Shown here piece by piece: positions 38,672-48,648 of a stretch of DNA of 64,000 nucleotides (its first letter is position 1; the number at the start of each line of letters is the position of its first letter). Source of the DNA: Patescibacteria group bacterium. GTDB taxonomy: Bacteria; Patescibacteriota; Patescibacteriia; Patescibacteriales; JAQVLT01. The position numbers and the translations under genes were made by a program. The notes under the pieces were generated by a model, which saw only the letters and a program-made list of their open reading frames with translations, did no database searches and was not told where the DNA came from. Where the stretch lies: assembly GCA_028704015.1 (NCBI GenBank), contig JAQVLT010000004.1, forward strand, positions 6,052 to 70,051, written 5' to 3'.

Positions 38672-39229
38672 TTATTTCCATAATTTATAAATTTTACAAT
38701 TTTTTCTGTCTAACAAACTTTTTAAAGTAAAATTATTAACTATCATCAAAGTTAAACTATTAATTTCCGCCTCGCAATATAAATTTTTTCCTATCTCTTT
38801 TTTAGCTTCTTTTATTTTTTCATCGGTTAAATGGCGACCAATGGTAACGTGCGGTTTAAATTTCTTTTCATAATCCTTATATTCTGGCAAAACATAATCG
38901 CCATATTTTGCTAAATTTTTGCTGATCACTTTTTGCAACTTTAATAATTCTGGATTTTTGTCAGCTTTAACCATTATACACCAACCACGCGAAGATTTAT
39001 TGCTCGTCCATAGCTTTGAAAAACCTAATTTTATAGACCTAAAATTTTTAGCAATAATTTTAATATCCTCTTTTAAATTGTTAATATCTTTTTCTTTTAC
39101 TTTTGTTCCGTTTTTTAACGATATATGAAATTTGAACGGTTTATCATATTTTTTTCTAAAACCGTCAAACCAATCAGGTTTTTTTGTTAATTTGAATTCC
39201 ACAATAACATTAAAATATTTCATAATCAC
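38672..39229 (-). CDS. 2H phosphoesterase superfamily protein (LigT-like)
   Basis: Two H-x-[ST]-x motifs (FHISL and HVTIG) about 95 aa apart. Confidence 0.5.
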   Translation of the reverse strand: MIMKYFNVIVEFKLTKKPDWFDGFRKKYDKPFKFHISLKNGTKVKEKDINNLKEDIKIIAKNFRSIKLGFSKLWTSNKSSRGWCIMVKADKNPELLKLQKVISKNLAKYGDYVLPEYKDYEKKFKPHVTIGRHLTDEKIKEAKKEIGKNLYCEAEINSLTLMIVNNFTLKSLLDRKNCKIYKLWK

Positions 39230-39323
39230 TAAAAATATTTTCTGATTTTTTCCAAATCTCCGTTAAGAATAATTGGTTGCATAGCTTTTATTTCATCAGA
39301 ATAATTTAATATAGGAATTTGAT

Positions 39324-39668
39324 TTAATAAAAAAAATTTTTATTCAAAATATGGGCGAAACCAATTTCCAAAAAAGTATTTCCGCCAATATAATTGCTTA
39401 TTCCGTTTTTATCATAATTAACAACCAATATGCCATCACACTCTTTTATTACATTAAAATACCTTCTAATTACGTCGTCTTGAATTTTTCTTAAATGAGC
39501 ATCATTATCAAACTTCTCTTTGTTGTAATCTTCCATGCTTAATTCTCCATTTAAAATTTTTTGAGCCGTTAAGGGCATTTCAACTTCATAACCGATTTTT
39601 ACCAATTCATCCGATATTTTTTTGATTTCTTGAACAAAATTAATACTGCCGCAGATAACAATTTTCAT
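39324..39668 (-). CDS. Nucleoside 2-deoxyribosyltransferase-like protein
   Basis: MKIVICGSI N-terminus and GGNTFLEIGFA resembling the NDT nucleophile-Glu motif (D/GxGTxFExGxA); 114 aa. Confidence 0.4.
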   Translation of the reverse strand: MKIVICGSINFVQEIKKISDELVKIGYEVEMPLTAQKILNGELSMEDYNKEKFDNDAHLRKIQDDVIRRYFNVIKECDGILVVNYDKNGISNYIGGNTFLEIGFAHILNKNFFY

Positions 39669-39672
39669 AAAT

Positions 39673-40281
39673 TTATAAACCCAGTTGGTCGCTGATGCCG
39701 CGCAAAGATTCTAAGCCAATATGCAAAAATTCCTCCAAACTCAAACCGACTTGCTCGCACTCCTTGATGATTTCCCGATTGCAGTTGGCGGCAAATTTTT
39801 TATTTTTAAATTTCTTTTTTAATGATTCTAATTTTAGCAAAGCTAATTTTTTCTCCGGTTGCACCAACGTGCTGGCAACAATCAGGCCCGTGGCGGTTTC
39901 GGCGGCGGCTAGACAATGTTCCAATAATCCTTCGCGTTTTTTATCTTTTAATTCTTCCGGGCCATAAAATTTCCCCTCTCCCCATCCTTGCCCATAGCAA
40001 TGCGATTGGATTGTTTTGATTAAGAAATCACTGCCGCCGGCATTTTTTAAGATTTCCACGGCTTTAAGACAATGATTTTTGGTGTCATCTTTGGTTAGTT
40101 CCCAATCAATATAATGAAGCAAGCCGATAATTGCCCACTCTTCTTCATTTTCATTAAAATGGCGCGCCAAAGCTCGCATGATCGCTTCAGTTTCAAGATA
40201 ATGAAGATTATTTATTCTGTCTTTAGTATATTCAGCCACTAACTCCTTAGCTTTGTTGTAGTTTATACCTAAATTTTCCAT
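39673..40281 (-). CDS. Putative HD-superfamily phosphohydrolase
   Basis: Predicted all-helical 202-aa protein with His/Asp-containing motifs (ARHF, LLHYID, EHCL). Assignment tentative. Confidence 0.4.
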   Translation of the reverse strand: MENLGINYNKAKELVAEYTKDRINNLHYLETEAIMRALARHFNENEEEWAIIGLLHYIDWELTKDDTKNHCLKAVEILKNAGGSDFLIKTIQSHCYGQGWGEGKFYGPEELKDKKREGLLEHCLAAAETATGLIVASTLVQPEKKLALLKLESLKKKFKNKKFAANCNREIIKECEQVGLSLEEFLHIGLESLRGISDQLGL

Positions 40282-40302
40282 AAACTTGCTACACGTTATA
40301 TG

Positions 40303-41772
40303 TTATGCGTTACGCGATTTTGGCTTCATCAAGGGAAAGATCTGGCACTCGCGCATGGATTTGTCGGATAAAAAGGCAAAAACACGTTCACTGAGGCCAA
40401 AACCGCAGGTTGGCGGCATTCCATATTCCAGCGCTTCTACGAATTCGTGATCAAACATCTGCGCTTCTTCATCTCCAGCTTCGCGTAATTTTTGTTGTTC
40501 GGCAAATCTCGCGGCCTGGTCAAGCGGATCATTAAGTTCGCTATAACCGTTGCCAAGTTCGGATCCGGCAATAATCGGATGAAATTTCTGTGTTAATCTA
40601 GGGTTGCCTTCAATGCGCTTAGCAAGCGGCGCCACTTCCACTGGAATACCAACCAAGAAACCCGGACCGGCGATTTGCTTGCGGCAAAATTTCCAGAGAT
40701 TATCAATCGCTCTCGTAATATTAAATCCCTTTTTGTCATATTCCACCTTCAATTCTTTTAATTTCTTTTCAATTTCCTCAATATCGGCGGTTAAAATATC
40801 CACTCCAGTCATTTTCTTTATCGTTTCGGCATAATCATAGCGCTCCCATTTTTTCCCCAAGTCAATTTCCCAGTCACGAATTTTAAATTTTAGCGTGCCA
40901 AAAGTTTTTTCCGCGACATATTTAAATAATTCTTCGGTTAATTTCATACCTTTTTCAAAATCAGCATAAGCCCAATAGAACTCCATCTGCGTGTAATCCT
41001 GCAAATGCTCGGCATCCATGCCTTCGTTCCTAAATTGGCGGCCAATCTCAAAAGTTTTGTCATAACCCGCCACCATTAATTTCTTTTGCCACAATTCACC
41101 CATGGAAATGCGCAAATAAACGTCCAAGTCCAGCGCGTTGTGATGCGTGATAAACGGTCGGGCATCAGCGCCGCCGGTTGTTACTTCAAGAACCGGCGTT
41201 TCTACTTCCAAAAATCCTTTGGCAACCAAAAATTCGCGGACTGCTTGCCAAAACTTCGCTTTCTTCACAAACATCTCGCGCGTCTCGTCATTGAATAAAA
41301 TATCTAGATATCTTTTGCGCAGTTTATCTTCTTCATCCTGAATGCCGTGCCACTTGTCCGGCAATGACCGAATGGCTTTGGTTAATAATTTCCATGTTTT
41401 GGCATTAATGCTTTTTTCGCCTTTGTGCGTGACAAAGCACTCCCCCTTTATCTCCACAAAATCTCCGATATCAACTAGTTTGGAAATTATTTTAAAATCT
41501 TCTTGTCCAATATCTTTTTTGGAAATCGCAATTTGAATTTTCCCCGTCCCATCTTCCAGATGCGCGAATATTAAATTGCCCATGACGCGAATGGTGCGTA
41601 AACGCCCAGCCACGCAAATTAAGGCCTTCTCCCCTTCCAGCTTCTCAAATTCAGCCAAAACTTCGGCAACTGTGCGGTCGCGGTCGGTTTTTGCCGGAAA
41701 TGGATCAATATTTAATTTTTTGAGTTCGTCTATTTTTTTAATTCGCTCATCTCGTTCGCTTATTTTCTCCAT
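40303..41772 (-). CDS. lysS: Lysyl-tRNA synthetase (class II)
   Basis: N-terminal OB anticodon-binding domain, FRNEGMD and EFYWAYADF motifs; 489 aa. Confidence 0.9.
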   Translation of the reverse strand: MEKISERDERIKKIDELKKLNIDPFPAKTDRDRTVAEVLAEFEKLEGEKALICVAGRLRTIRVMGNLIFAHLEDGTGKIQIAISKKDIGQEDFKIISKLVDIGDFVEIKGECFVTHKGEKSINAKTWKLLTKAIRSLPDKWHGIQDEEDKLRKRYLDILFNDETREMFVKKAKFWQAVREFLVAKGFLEVETPVLEVTTGGADARPFITHHNALDLDVYLRISMGELWQKKLMVAGYDKTFEIGRQFRNEGMDAEHLQDYTQMEFYWAYADFEKGMKLTEELFKYVAEKTFGTLKFKIRDWEIDLGKKWERYDYAETIKKMTGVDILTADIEEIEKKLKELKVEYDKKGFNITRAIDNLWKFCRKQIAGPGFLVGIPVEVAPLAKRIEGNPRLTQKFHPIIAGSELGNGYSELNDPLDQAARFAEQQKLREAGDEEAQMFDHEFVEALEYGMPPTCGFGLSERVFAFLSDKSMRECQIFPLMKPKSRNA

Positions 41773-41844
41773 ATTTTTAGCTAATTTATTATTAACAATG
41801 TGATTATATTTTAAGATATTTTAAAGATAAAGTCAAAGAAAACT

Positions 41845-41883
41845 AAAGAAACTCAGTTTCCAATTGGAAACTGAGTTTCTTTT
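41845..41883. promoter_or_regulatory. Perfect 17-bp-stem palindrome AAAGAAACTCAGTTTCC-AATT-GGAAACTGAGTTTCTTT upstream of lysS
   Basis: A 38-nt perfect inverted repeat about 70 nt upstream of the lysS start, adjacent to the MITE-like element. Confidence 0.45.
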
Positions 41884-41899
41884 TATATTTGCACAATTC

Positions 41900-42060
41900 T
41901 TTTGTCATTCCGGACGCAAAGCGATCCGGAATCCAGGAGAGAGCCGTACCTGCGAAAAAATTCTTACGAAGATTATTTGATGATTTTGCCGTTGGCTCAT
42001 TGATTCCCGCCTTCGCTCGCCTCGCTGGAGCTATGGCGAAGCGGGCGGGAATGACAAAAA
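41900..42060. mobile_element. MITE-like element with terminal inverted repeats TTTTGTCATTCC / GGAATGACAAAA
   Basis: About 160 bp and non-coding, bounded by 12-bp TIRs. Contains an internal GC hairpin (TTCCCGCCTTCGC...GCGAAGCGGGCGGGAA). The same termini occur at 17954-18003 and partly at 26465-26480. Confidence 0.45.
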
Positions 42061-42072
42061 TTTTTGAGATCA

Positions 42073-42097
42073 AAAAAACCGCGTTTAAGCGGTTTTT
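42073..42097. terminator. Bidirectional terminator AAAAACCGC-GTTTAA-GCGGTTTTT (greA terminator)
   Basis: Immediately downstream of the greA stop on the minus strand. Confidence 0.6.
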
Positions 42098-42120
42098 AAT
42101 ATTTGATAATAAAAAAATTT

Positions 42121-42579
42121 TTACTCAATCTTCACAATTTTATATTCCACTTCTCCTCTTGGCGTATTAACCTTAACTTTATCGCCTTTCTTCTTGCCAA
42201 GGAAAGCTAAACCCAAAGGAGATTCATTGGAAATTTTTCCTTGCGCGGGATCAACCTCGTTGAAGCTGACAATGGTAAATTCTTTTTTGCCATTGCCATT
42301 TTCCACGGTAATTTTTGAGCCCATTGATACCTCATTTTTACTGTGCTCACTTTCAACAATCGTTACATTCTTAAGTATGGCTGTTAGTTCCCCAATTCTG
42401 CCATCATTAAAAGCCTGGGCGTCTTTGGCGTCATGATATTCGGCATTTTCGCTCAAATCGCCTAATTCCTTGGCGGTTTCAATTCTTTCGGCAATTTCCT
42501 TTCTTTTTACATTAAGTAAATATTCAAGCTCATTTTTTAATTTTTCGTATCCCTCTTTTGTAATTATTTGGTCTGGCAT
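42121..42579 (-). CDS. greA: Transcription elongation factor GreA
   Basis: N-terminal coiled-coil with acidic tip (ELGDLSENAEYH), a C-terminal FKBP-like domain; 152 aa. Confidence 0.85.
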   Translation of the reverse strand: MPDQIITKEGYEKLKNELEYLLNVKRKEIAERIETAKELGDLSENAEYHDAKDAQAFNDGRIGELTAILKNVTIVESEHSKNEVSMGSKITVENGNGKKEFTIVSFNEVDPAQGKISNESPLGLAFLGKKKGDKVKVNTPRGEVEYKIVKIE

Positions 42580-42686
42580 ATTTTTAAAAAAATTTTTTTA
42601 ACATAATAACTAATATACAATAAAATAAAAAATCATGCAAGGGGCATGATTAATTTTTTTTAAATTGTTTTATTTTTGGCTAAAAT

Positions 42687-44204
42687 TTAATAATTTATCT
42701 CTTTATAATTATTTATCGCCATGCTTGTCAATATCAAAAATCCGATGCCTAACGGATGATTTAAATAAGGCGTAAAAAAGTGGATAACTGCCAAAGATAA
42801 AATTCCCACGCCCAAACCGATTGATATTTTGCTATTTATTTTCATGGATTTCCAAAATATTTTTGCAATCAGAAATAAATAACAAGCCATGCCGAGAAAA
42901 CCAATTTTTATCCAAATATCCAGCCAGCCCCATTCAAAAGCATAAGTGGTGTACAAACCATTGGCATTATTCGCCAAAGCGCGCGGATCAAAAGTTTTGT
43001 AAGTAGCGGTCGCGCCAAATCCTTCGCCTAGAAGCGGCGCTTTTTTAATTTCCCCCCAAAGCACGGGCAAAAGATTCCAGCGCGATGACACGGCGGCCTC
43101 GCCCTCAAACTGGCTGGCTCGTCCCGCCAGCAAATCAAGCGCCGAAGCCCCGGACAGAGGCGCCGGAATGGGAAATTTTAAAATACCAACAATCAAAATC
43201 AAACTCAAAATCAAAGATGAAATTATTATCATGAAATATCTTAATAATTTTCGCCACTGTCTTTTCCAAATTAAATAAATTCCGAAAACCGATAAACCCG
43301 TGGCCAAGCCAAGCCAAAAACTGCGCGAAAGACAAATGATGACTGCAGTCAAGTTGAAAGTTAAAAGTAGAAAGTATAAAGCTTGTCCGCCGATGAGGCG
43401 GGTGGTTTCTTTTTTATTTTCTGCCAAAAGCCAAGGCAAAAACAAAAATATCGCTAACAAATTATAAATTTGCGATTGAATAAATATGCGGAAAAAACCG
43501 TATTGCACAAAAGTGATTTCACCAACCAAAGTGTTGCGAATCCAACTATAAAGTAAATTCGCGGTCTGCGGCAAATCGTGGGAAAAAATAAAAAATAAAA
43601 ATAAAGTCTCAAACCCAAGCCACAAAGTTGCAGCAACAAAAATTTCCAAAATCCTTTTCCAATCATCTTTTGATTTAATTGCGGTAAATATTGGTAAAAC
43701 CGCTAAAATATACAACCAATTATTAAAATCTGAATAAATATTAGAGAGAGCGTTATGACGCGCAAAAGCATTGATCACTCCCAAAAATAATAAAAATATA
43801 AAAATATAAAAATATAAAAATTTGCGGTTGCAAAAATTGGGAATTTGTATTTTAAAATTTGGAATTTGTTTAAAAAACCATACCAACATTAATATGGACC
43901 AAATCGCGATGCGAATGGATAAAACAAAATGTCCAAACGAAAAATAAAATAAATATCCCTTGGAACCGATAAAAAGTTCCGCCAATAGAATAAAAACTCC
44001 CCAACGCAAATCTTTGATGGTTAAAAGCAAAGTGGCCAAACAGATTATAACAAAAACGATTTGTCTAACTTCGGGAAATTTAAAACCCAAGAAAGAAATA
44101 ATCTCTAAAAAAAATATTACTGAAAAAATTGTTAAAATGTTTTTATAAGATTTATTCATATCACCTACGCCCAACCATAAATGGATTGGACTATATTTCT
44201 GCAA
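42687..44204 (-). CDS. O-antigen ligase/polymerase-like (Wzy_C family) membrane protein
   Basis: About 12 TM segments and a large periplasmic loop. Last gene of the glycan operon. Confidence 0.5.
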   Translation of the reverse strand: MQKYSPIHLWLGVGDMNKSYKNILTIFSVIFFLEIISFLGFKFPEVRQIVFVIICLATLLLTIKDLRWGVFILLAELFIGSKGYLFYFSFGHFVLSIRIAIWSILMLVWFFKQIPNFKIQIPNFCNRKFLYFYIFIFLLFLGVINAFARHNALSNIYSDFNNWLYILAVLPIFTAIKSKDDWKRILEIFVAATLWLGFETLFLFFIFSHDLPQTANLLYSWIRNTLVGEITFVQYGFFRIFIQSQIYNLLAIFLFLPWLLAENKKETTRLIGGQALYFLLLTFNLTAVIICLSRSFWLGLATGLSVFGIYLIWKRQWRKLLRYFMIIISSLILSLILIVGILKFPIPAPLSGASALDLLAGRASQFEGEAAVSSRWNLLPVLWGEIKKAPLLGEGFGATATYKTFDPRALANNANGLYTTYAFEWGWLDIWIKIGFLGMACYLFLIAKIFWKSMKINSKISIGLGVGILSLAVIHFFTPYLNHPLGIGFLILTSMAINNYKEINY

Positions 44205-44268
44205 GCCCCATTAATGGGGCTTTTTTAGCGAGTAGCCCAATCCATTTATGGTTGGGTGAATCAAATCA

Positions 44269-44706
44269 TTAAAATTTTATACTATCCCCTACTTTAATAT
44301 TATTTTTGTCCGCAAAACCACCGTTAACTTCCAGAACATAATTTACCGTATTGCCGCTTGAATAAATATTCTTTGGCATGATACCTTCGGGTGGCAAATT
44401 TTTATCTATCTTTATTATTTTATCATCGCTAATCCAAATTATATCCAGAGGAAATTTCATCCGGCGCATCGCAAAACTTTGTGTGGCTTTCCAGGGAAAA
44501 ACAAAAAACATACCGCAATCTGCGCAGAGGTCCTCCCGATCGCTTAAACCGCGATAACGCGAATACGGATTATCGACAATTTCCACTTTAATCTTCGCAT
44601 CGTTAATTTCCACTTCGTTAATTTTTGAAGCGGTTTTACGCGGGAAAAACAAAATTATGGCAACAACAATCACAATCACTAATAAAATTATAAAATATTT
44701 TGTCAT
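44269..44706 (-). CDS. DUF192 family protein
   Basis: YRGLSDREDL...GMFFVF...FAMRRMKFPLDIIWI fits the DUF192/COG1430 pattern; N-terminal TM. Confidence 0.65.
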   Translation of the reverse strand: MTKYFIILLVIVIVVAIILFFPRKTASKINEVEINDAKIKVEIVDNPYSRYRGLSDREDLCADCGMFFVFPWKATQSFAMRRMKFPLDIIWISDDKIIKIDKNLPPEGIMPKNIYSSGNTVNYVLEVNGGFADKNNIKVGDSIKF

Positions 44707-45401
44707 AAATTATGTTTCTTTTTCACAATCTCAACCGCCTGATTATATTTTTTTACGGCCTTAAGCCAGGGAAAAAATTTGTAGGCAAAACTTGGCAGCC
44801 AGGAGCTGATTGTGCCGCCAGGCTTAAGAGTAAACAGAATTTCATTAACCCAAACGCCAACATGGTTTTCCTCGAGCATTGTTAAATACAAATCCCAATC
44901 CTGAAATTTTCTGATTGATTCGTCCCAGCCGGTTTTTGGAAAATGCTCTCGCCTGATTAAAGACATGGTGTGAATACACGGGCCGGCTTTTAATCTTTCT
45001 ACGCTAAATTCATCAACCGCAAATAGCTTTCTGCCCCAAACAAAGCTTGGATAAGCATAGCTTGCTTCCGGATGATTTTTTAATGCTTCACGTAATTTTT
45101 CCAAAGCACTTGGCTCCAATACCGAATCGGCATCGCAAAAAAACAAATATTCGCCGCGCGATTCTCTAAACCCCTTATTTCTGGCGCTTGGTGGTCCCTG
45201 ATTTTCTTGATTAAAAACATTTACGGATTGAGTATATTCAAATTTTTCCAAAATACTGCCGATTCTTTTATCAAAATCGTCGGTTGAGCCGTCGTTAACA
45301 ATAATAATTTCAAAATCCTTGAAAGTTTGCTTAAAAATTGAATCTAAACAATTTCCTATTTTATCTGCCATGTTATAAATTGGAATTATTATTGAAATCA
45401 T
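44703..45401 (-). CDS. Glycosyltransferase family 2
   Basis: ISIIIPIYN...IIVNDGSTDD plus a DAD-type motif. Confidence 0.75.
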   Translation of the reverse strand: MISIIIPIYNMADKIGNCLDSIFKQTFKDFEIIIVNDGSTDDFDKRIGSILEKFEYTQSVNVFNQENQGPPSARNKGFRESRGEYLFFCDADSVLEPSALEKLREALKNHPEASYAYPSFVWGRKLFAVDEFSVERLKAGPCIHTMSLIRREHFPKTGWDESIRKFQDWDLYLTMLEENHVGVWVNEILFTLKPGGTISSWLPSFAYKFFPWLKAVKKYNQAVEIVKKKHNL

Positions 45402-45424
45402 AAAATAAATTAAAAATTAAGACT

Positions 45425-46501
45425 TTATTTTTGAATAAAATTATAAATATTTCTAACGTGGTCTTTCCAATTAAAATCTTTTATCGCCCGTTCTTTCCCT
45501 TGTTCTCCTATTTTCTTTCGCAAGTCTTGATCCAGCGCCAATTTACTTATCGCCTCTTTTATTTCCAAAATATTTTCCGGATTAACCAGTATTCCGCTAA
45601 CGCCATCAAATATCGCCTCGGCTACGCCGCCGCTACGACCGGCGATCACCGGTTTGCCGGCCAGATTCGCTTCCAGATAAACTATACCAAAGCCGTCAAA
45701 ATTTCCCGCCTCTTCCCGCGTCGGCTGAACAAAAACATCACAAAGATCCAGCCAAGCCCATTTTTCTTCATCGGAAATCGCACCCAGAAAATAAACATTT
45801 TTTTGCGAGCCCGCTAATTTTCTTAGAAATTCTTCATCCGGCCCGCTGCCCGCGATACAATAAACTAAATTGGAAATTTTTTTTGAAATTTCCGGCATCG
45901 CCTCCAATACCTTATCAATTCCCTTTCGTTTTATCAAACGCCCAATACTGAACAAAACAATTTTATTTTCCAAATTATATTTATTTTTTATTTGTATTAC
46001 GCGTTCCGCGTCACGCCCTAAACTCCTTTCCACTCCCGGGCAAACCACAATGTTTTTTCCTTTTAACTTCGCGCCCAATTCCATGAAGATGCTTTGCGTA
46101 AATTCGCTATTGCAAATTATATGTTCGGCATTTTCTAAAATTTTTTTGGCTAACCATTTTTTTCTCCAGTTTTTTCGCGTGTAAGCGATATCGGTCCCAT
46201 GCAAAATGATGCCGTATTTAATTTTTGAAAACTTTGCGAGCAAAAATGCCGCGGTTCCGAGCGGTAAAATATTCCCCACTATTACATATTCTATTTTATT
46301 TTTTTTGACTTCATCTCGCAACCGCCAAATCGCCGGTAACCATTTTAGAAGCGGTAATTTATTATTGATTAATTTACCATCATTATTATCCAAAACAAAA
46401 ATATTCTCGCTTTCCGGCCAGTTAATAATTAAATTTTTATAATATTCCGCTACCCCGCCCTTGAACGGCGGATACTCCAATGTAAAAAGCAATGTTTTCA
46501 T
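45425..46501 (-). CDS. Glycosyltransferase family 4 (GT-B, retaining)
   Basis: C-terminal EAGNFDGFGIVYLEANLAGKPVIA (EX7E-like) motif. Confidence 0.75.
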   Translation of the reverse strand: MKTLLFTLEYPPFKGGVAEYYKNLIINWPESENIFVLDNNDGKLINNKLPLLKWLPAIWRLRDEVKKNKIEYVIVGNILPLGTAAFLLAKFSKIKYGIILHGTDIAYTRKNWRKKWLAKKILENAEHIICNSEFTQSIFMELGAKLKGKNIVVCPGVERSLGRDAERVIQIKNKYNLENKIVLFSIGRLIKRKGIDKVLEAMPEISKKISNLVYCIAGSGPDEEFLRKLAGSQKNVYFLGAISDEEKWAWLDLCDVFVQPTREEAGNFDGFGIVYLEANLAGKPVIAGRSGGVAEAIFDGVSGILVNPENILEIKEAISKLALDQDLRKKIGEQGKERAIKDFNWKDHVRNIYNFIQK

Positions 46502-46506
46502 TTATT

Positions 46507-47967
46507 TTATACTGTTTGTTTTTTAAACGACTTATAAACACTTAAAATATCTTCTTTTTTAAAACCTCCTAAAATATATACTAACAAAAAATATATTATT
46601 CCACCCAAAATAACCAGAAAGACGATATTGATAAACGGCTTTAAATAAAATACCGCAAAAGCCATTACCACGGCCGCAAATAATGATTTTAAAAATACTA
46701 AAAATATTTTTTTTGACCTCAGGCTAATAATCTTTGGCACCCAATATATCCCCAGTGCAAACATTAAAAAATTAGTAACTAACACGGTGATGCTCGCGCC
46801 GACTGATTGCATTTTGGGAATTAACAACAAATTTAAAAACACACTAATCATAGCTACAATCACCATGTTGATTGTATTAACTTTTTGTTTGTCGCAAGCG
46901 TTAAGCAGAGCGCCGATCGCAAAATTAACAAACATAAATACCAAGGCCGAAATGGTAATAATCATTGGCGTTATTGCTTCGCTATAACCGGATTTAAAAA
47001 GTAAAATTATTTTGTCAGCCAAAACAATCGTCCCGGCAGTAATCGGAATGGAAATAATCATTAAATAATTCATCGCGCGTTCAAATGAAACAGCTAATTG
47101 CGCTTTGTTATTCATCCAATATGAACTCATAGCCGGATATAACGAAGCGGTAAATGCCATGGGCAAAAACTGCAAAGCAAAAATAATTTTAAATGGCACC
47201 TGATAAATTCCCACTTCTCTGTCGCCGGCCAAAATTGACAAAAGCACGGAATCAAAATAAGTATACCCGCGCTGGAAGATAGCATAAAGAGCAAAAGGAG
47301 CGGTTAATAGTAAAATATAGCGCATTATTTTTCTATTAAATAACAGTTTAATTTTTATTTGCCATTTTTTTCTGATTAAAATATAGGAATATAAAAAATT
47401 AAAAAAACTGGCAAAAACCAGGGATAACATTAGCCAGTGCAAACCCAAATTTAATTTTAAAATCACTAACCCTGATGTTAATACTATTATCTGAAAAATA
47501 ACTGAAGAGATGCTTTCCCAAAAAAGATTATGATAACCGCGCGCCACGGCGAAAAAACTAGCGGTAAAAGTGTCCAAAACCATACAAAACATTGATAAAT
47601 ATACCAGATGCCGAGTAATTTCCGGATAATCCATTAAATTAATCAGTGAAATTACCGCCAAGGACACCAAAACTGCTAACAAAAACTTTATACCGACAAC
47701 ACCACTAACTAAATTATTAATTTTATTTTTATCTTCTTGAGCGCCATTTTCCCGCGCAATTTCGCGAGTTAAGACATTGGTCTGACCAATATCAATAAGG
47801 ATTGAAAAAATCGTCGTGAAAGAAATGGCAAAATAATATTTACCCAAATCTTCCGGTCCCAAAACACGCGCAATAATTATAAAATAACTAAAAGAAATGA
47901 TTTTTTGCAAAATCAAGGCAAAAGTAAAATAGCTTGTGTTTTTGGCTACATTTGCAATTTTATTCAT
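46507..47967 (-). CDS. Polysaccharide biosynthesis flippase (Wzx/MOP superfamily)
   Basis: 486 aa with about 14 TM segments; first gene of the minus-strand glycan operon. Confidence 0.7.
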   Translation of the reverse strand: MNKIANVAKNTSYFTFALILQKIISFSYFIIIARVLGPEDLGKYYFAISFTTIFSILIDIGQTNVLTREIARENGAQEDKNKINNLVSGVVGIKFLLAVLVSLAVISLINLMDYPEITRHLVYLSMFCMVLDTFTASFFAVARGYHNLFWESISSVIFQIIVLTSGLVILKLNLGLHWLMLSLVFASFFNFLYSYILIRKKWQIKIKLLFNRKIMRYILLLTAPFALYAIFQRGYTYFDSVLLSILAGDREVGIYQVPFKIIFALQFLPMAFTASLYPAMSSYWMNNKAQLAVSFERAMNYLMIISIPITAGTIVLADKIILLFKSGYSEAITPMIITISALVFMFVNFAIGALLNACDKQKVNTINMVIVAMISVFLNLLLIPKMQSVGASITVLVTNFLMFALGIYWVPKIISLRSKKIFLVFLKSLFAAVVMAFAVFYLKPFINIVFLVILGGIIYFLLVYILGGFKKEDILSVYKSFKKQTV

Positions 47968-48003
47968 GCTATAATTATAGCATAAAATATATTAAAGCAA
48001 ACT

Positions 48004-48546
48004 ATGGACACTTTTATTTTAGTGCTAATAATTATAGCAATCGTGACGGGAATTTTTATGGTTGTATATTTATTTTTTTGGTCATGGACAGTGATTACGC
48101 TGTTTAAAACCAAAGTTCCTTTTGCAAGAACCCCAGAAGACAACATTAAGCGTATTTTCAATGAGATTAACCTGCCGAAAAATTCCCTAATTTATGATTT
48201 GGGGTGCGGCGACGGTCGGGTTTTATTTTTAGCAGAAAAATATGGATACAAATCTATAGGATACGAATTGTCTTTATATCCTTATTTAAAAGCAAAAATA
48301 AAAAAATTCTTAATTCATAGCCAAGTTGAAATTTATCAAAAAAACTTTTTAAAAGCAGATTTGAACAAGGCGGATGCGATCTTTATTTTTCTGACAAAAA
48401 AAGGCATTGCTGATTTAAGCCAAAAATTAAAAAACGAGCTAAAATCTGGAACAATAATTATTTCCTATGGTTTTACATTGCCTAGCTGGAAAATAGACAA
48501 AATTATAGACACGAAACCTAGCAAATTTTATCTATACAAAAAATAA
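48004..48546 (+). CDS. Class I SAM-dependent methyltransferase
   Basis: IYDLGCGDGRV motif I; N-terminal TM helix. Confidence 0.65.
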   Translation: MDTFILVLIIIAIVTGIFMVVYLFFWSWTVITLFKTKVPFARTPEDNIKRIFNEINLPKNSLIYDLGCGDGRVLFLAEKYGYKSIGYELSLYPYLKAKIKKFLIHSQVEIYQKNFLKADLNKADAIFIFLTKKGIADLSQKLKNELKSGTIIISYGFTLPSWKIDKIIDTKPSKFYLYKK

Positions 48547-48648
48547 AAACGAAAAATTGACCAATTTAATAGTTTGTGTTAGTATCTTATTATACCCACA
48601 AAACTTAACAATTACGTGGTTTTTTTATAACAAAATAACTAACTTTTT

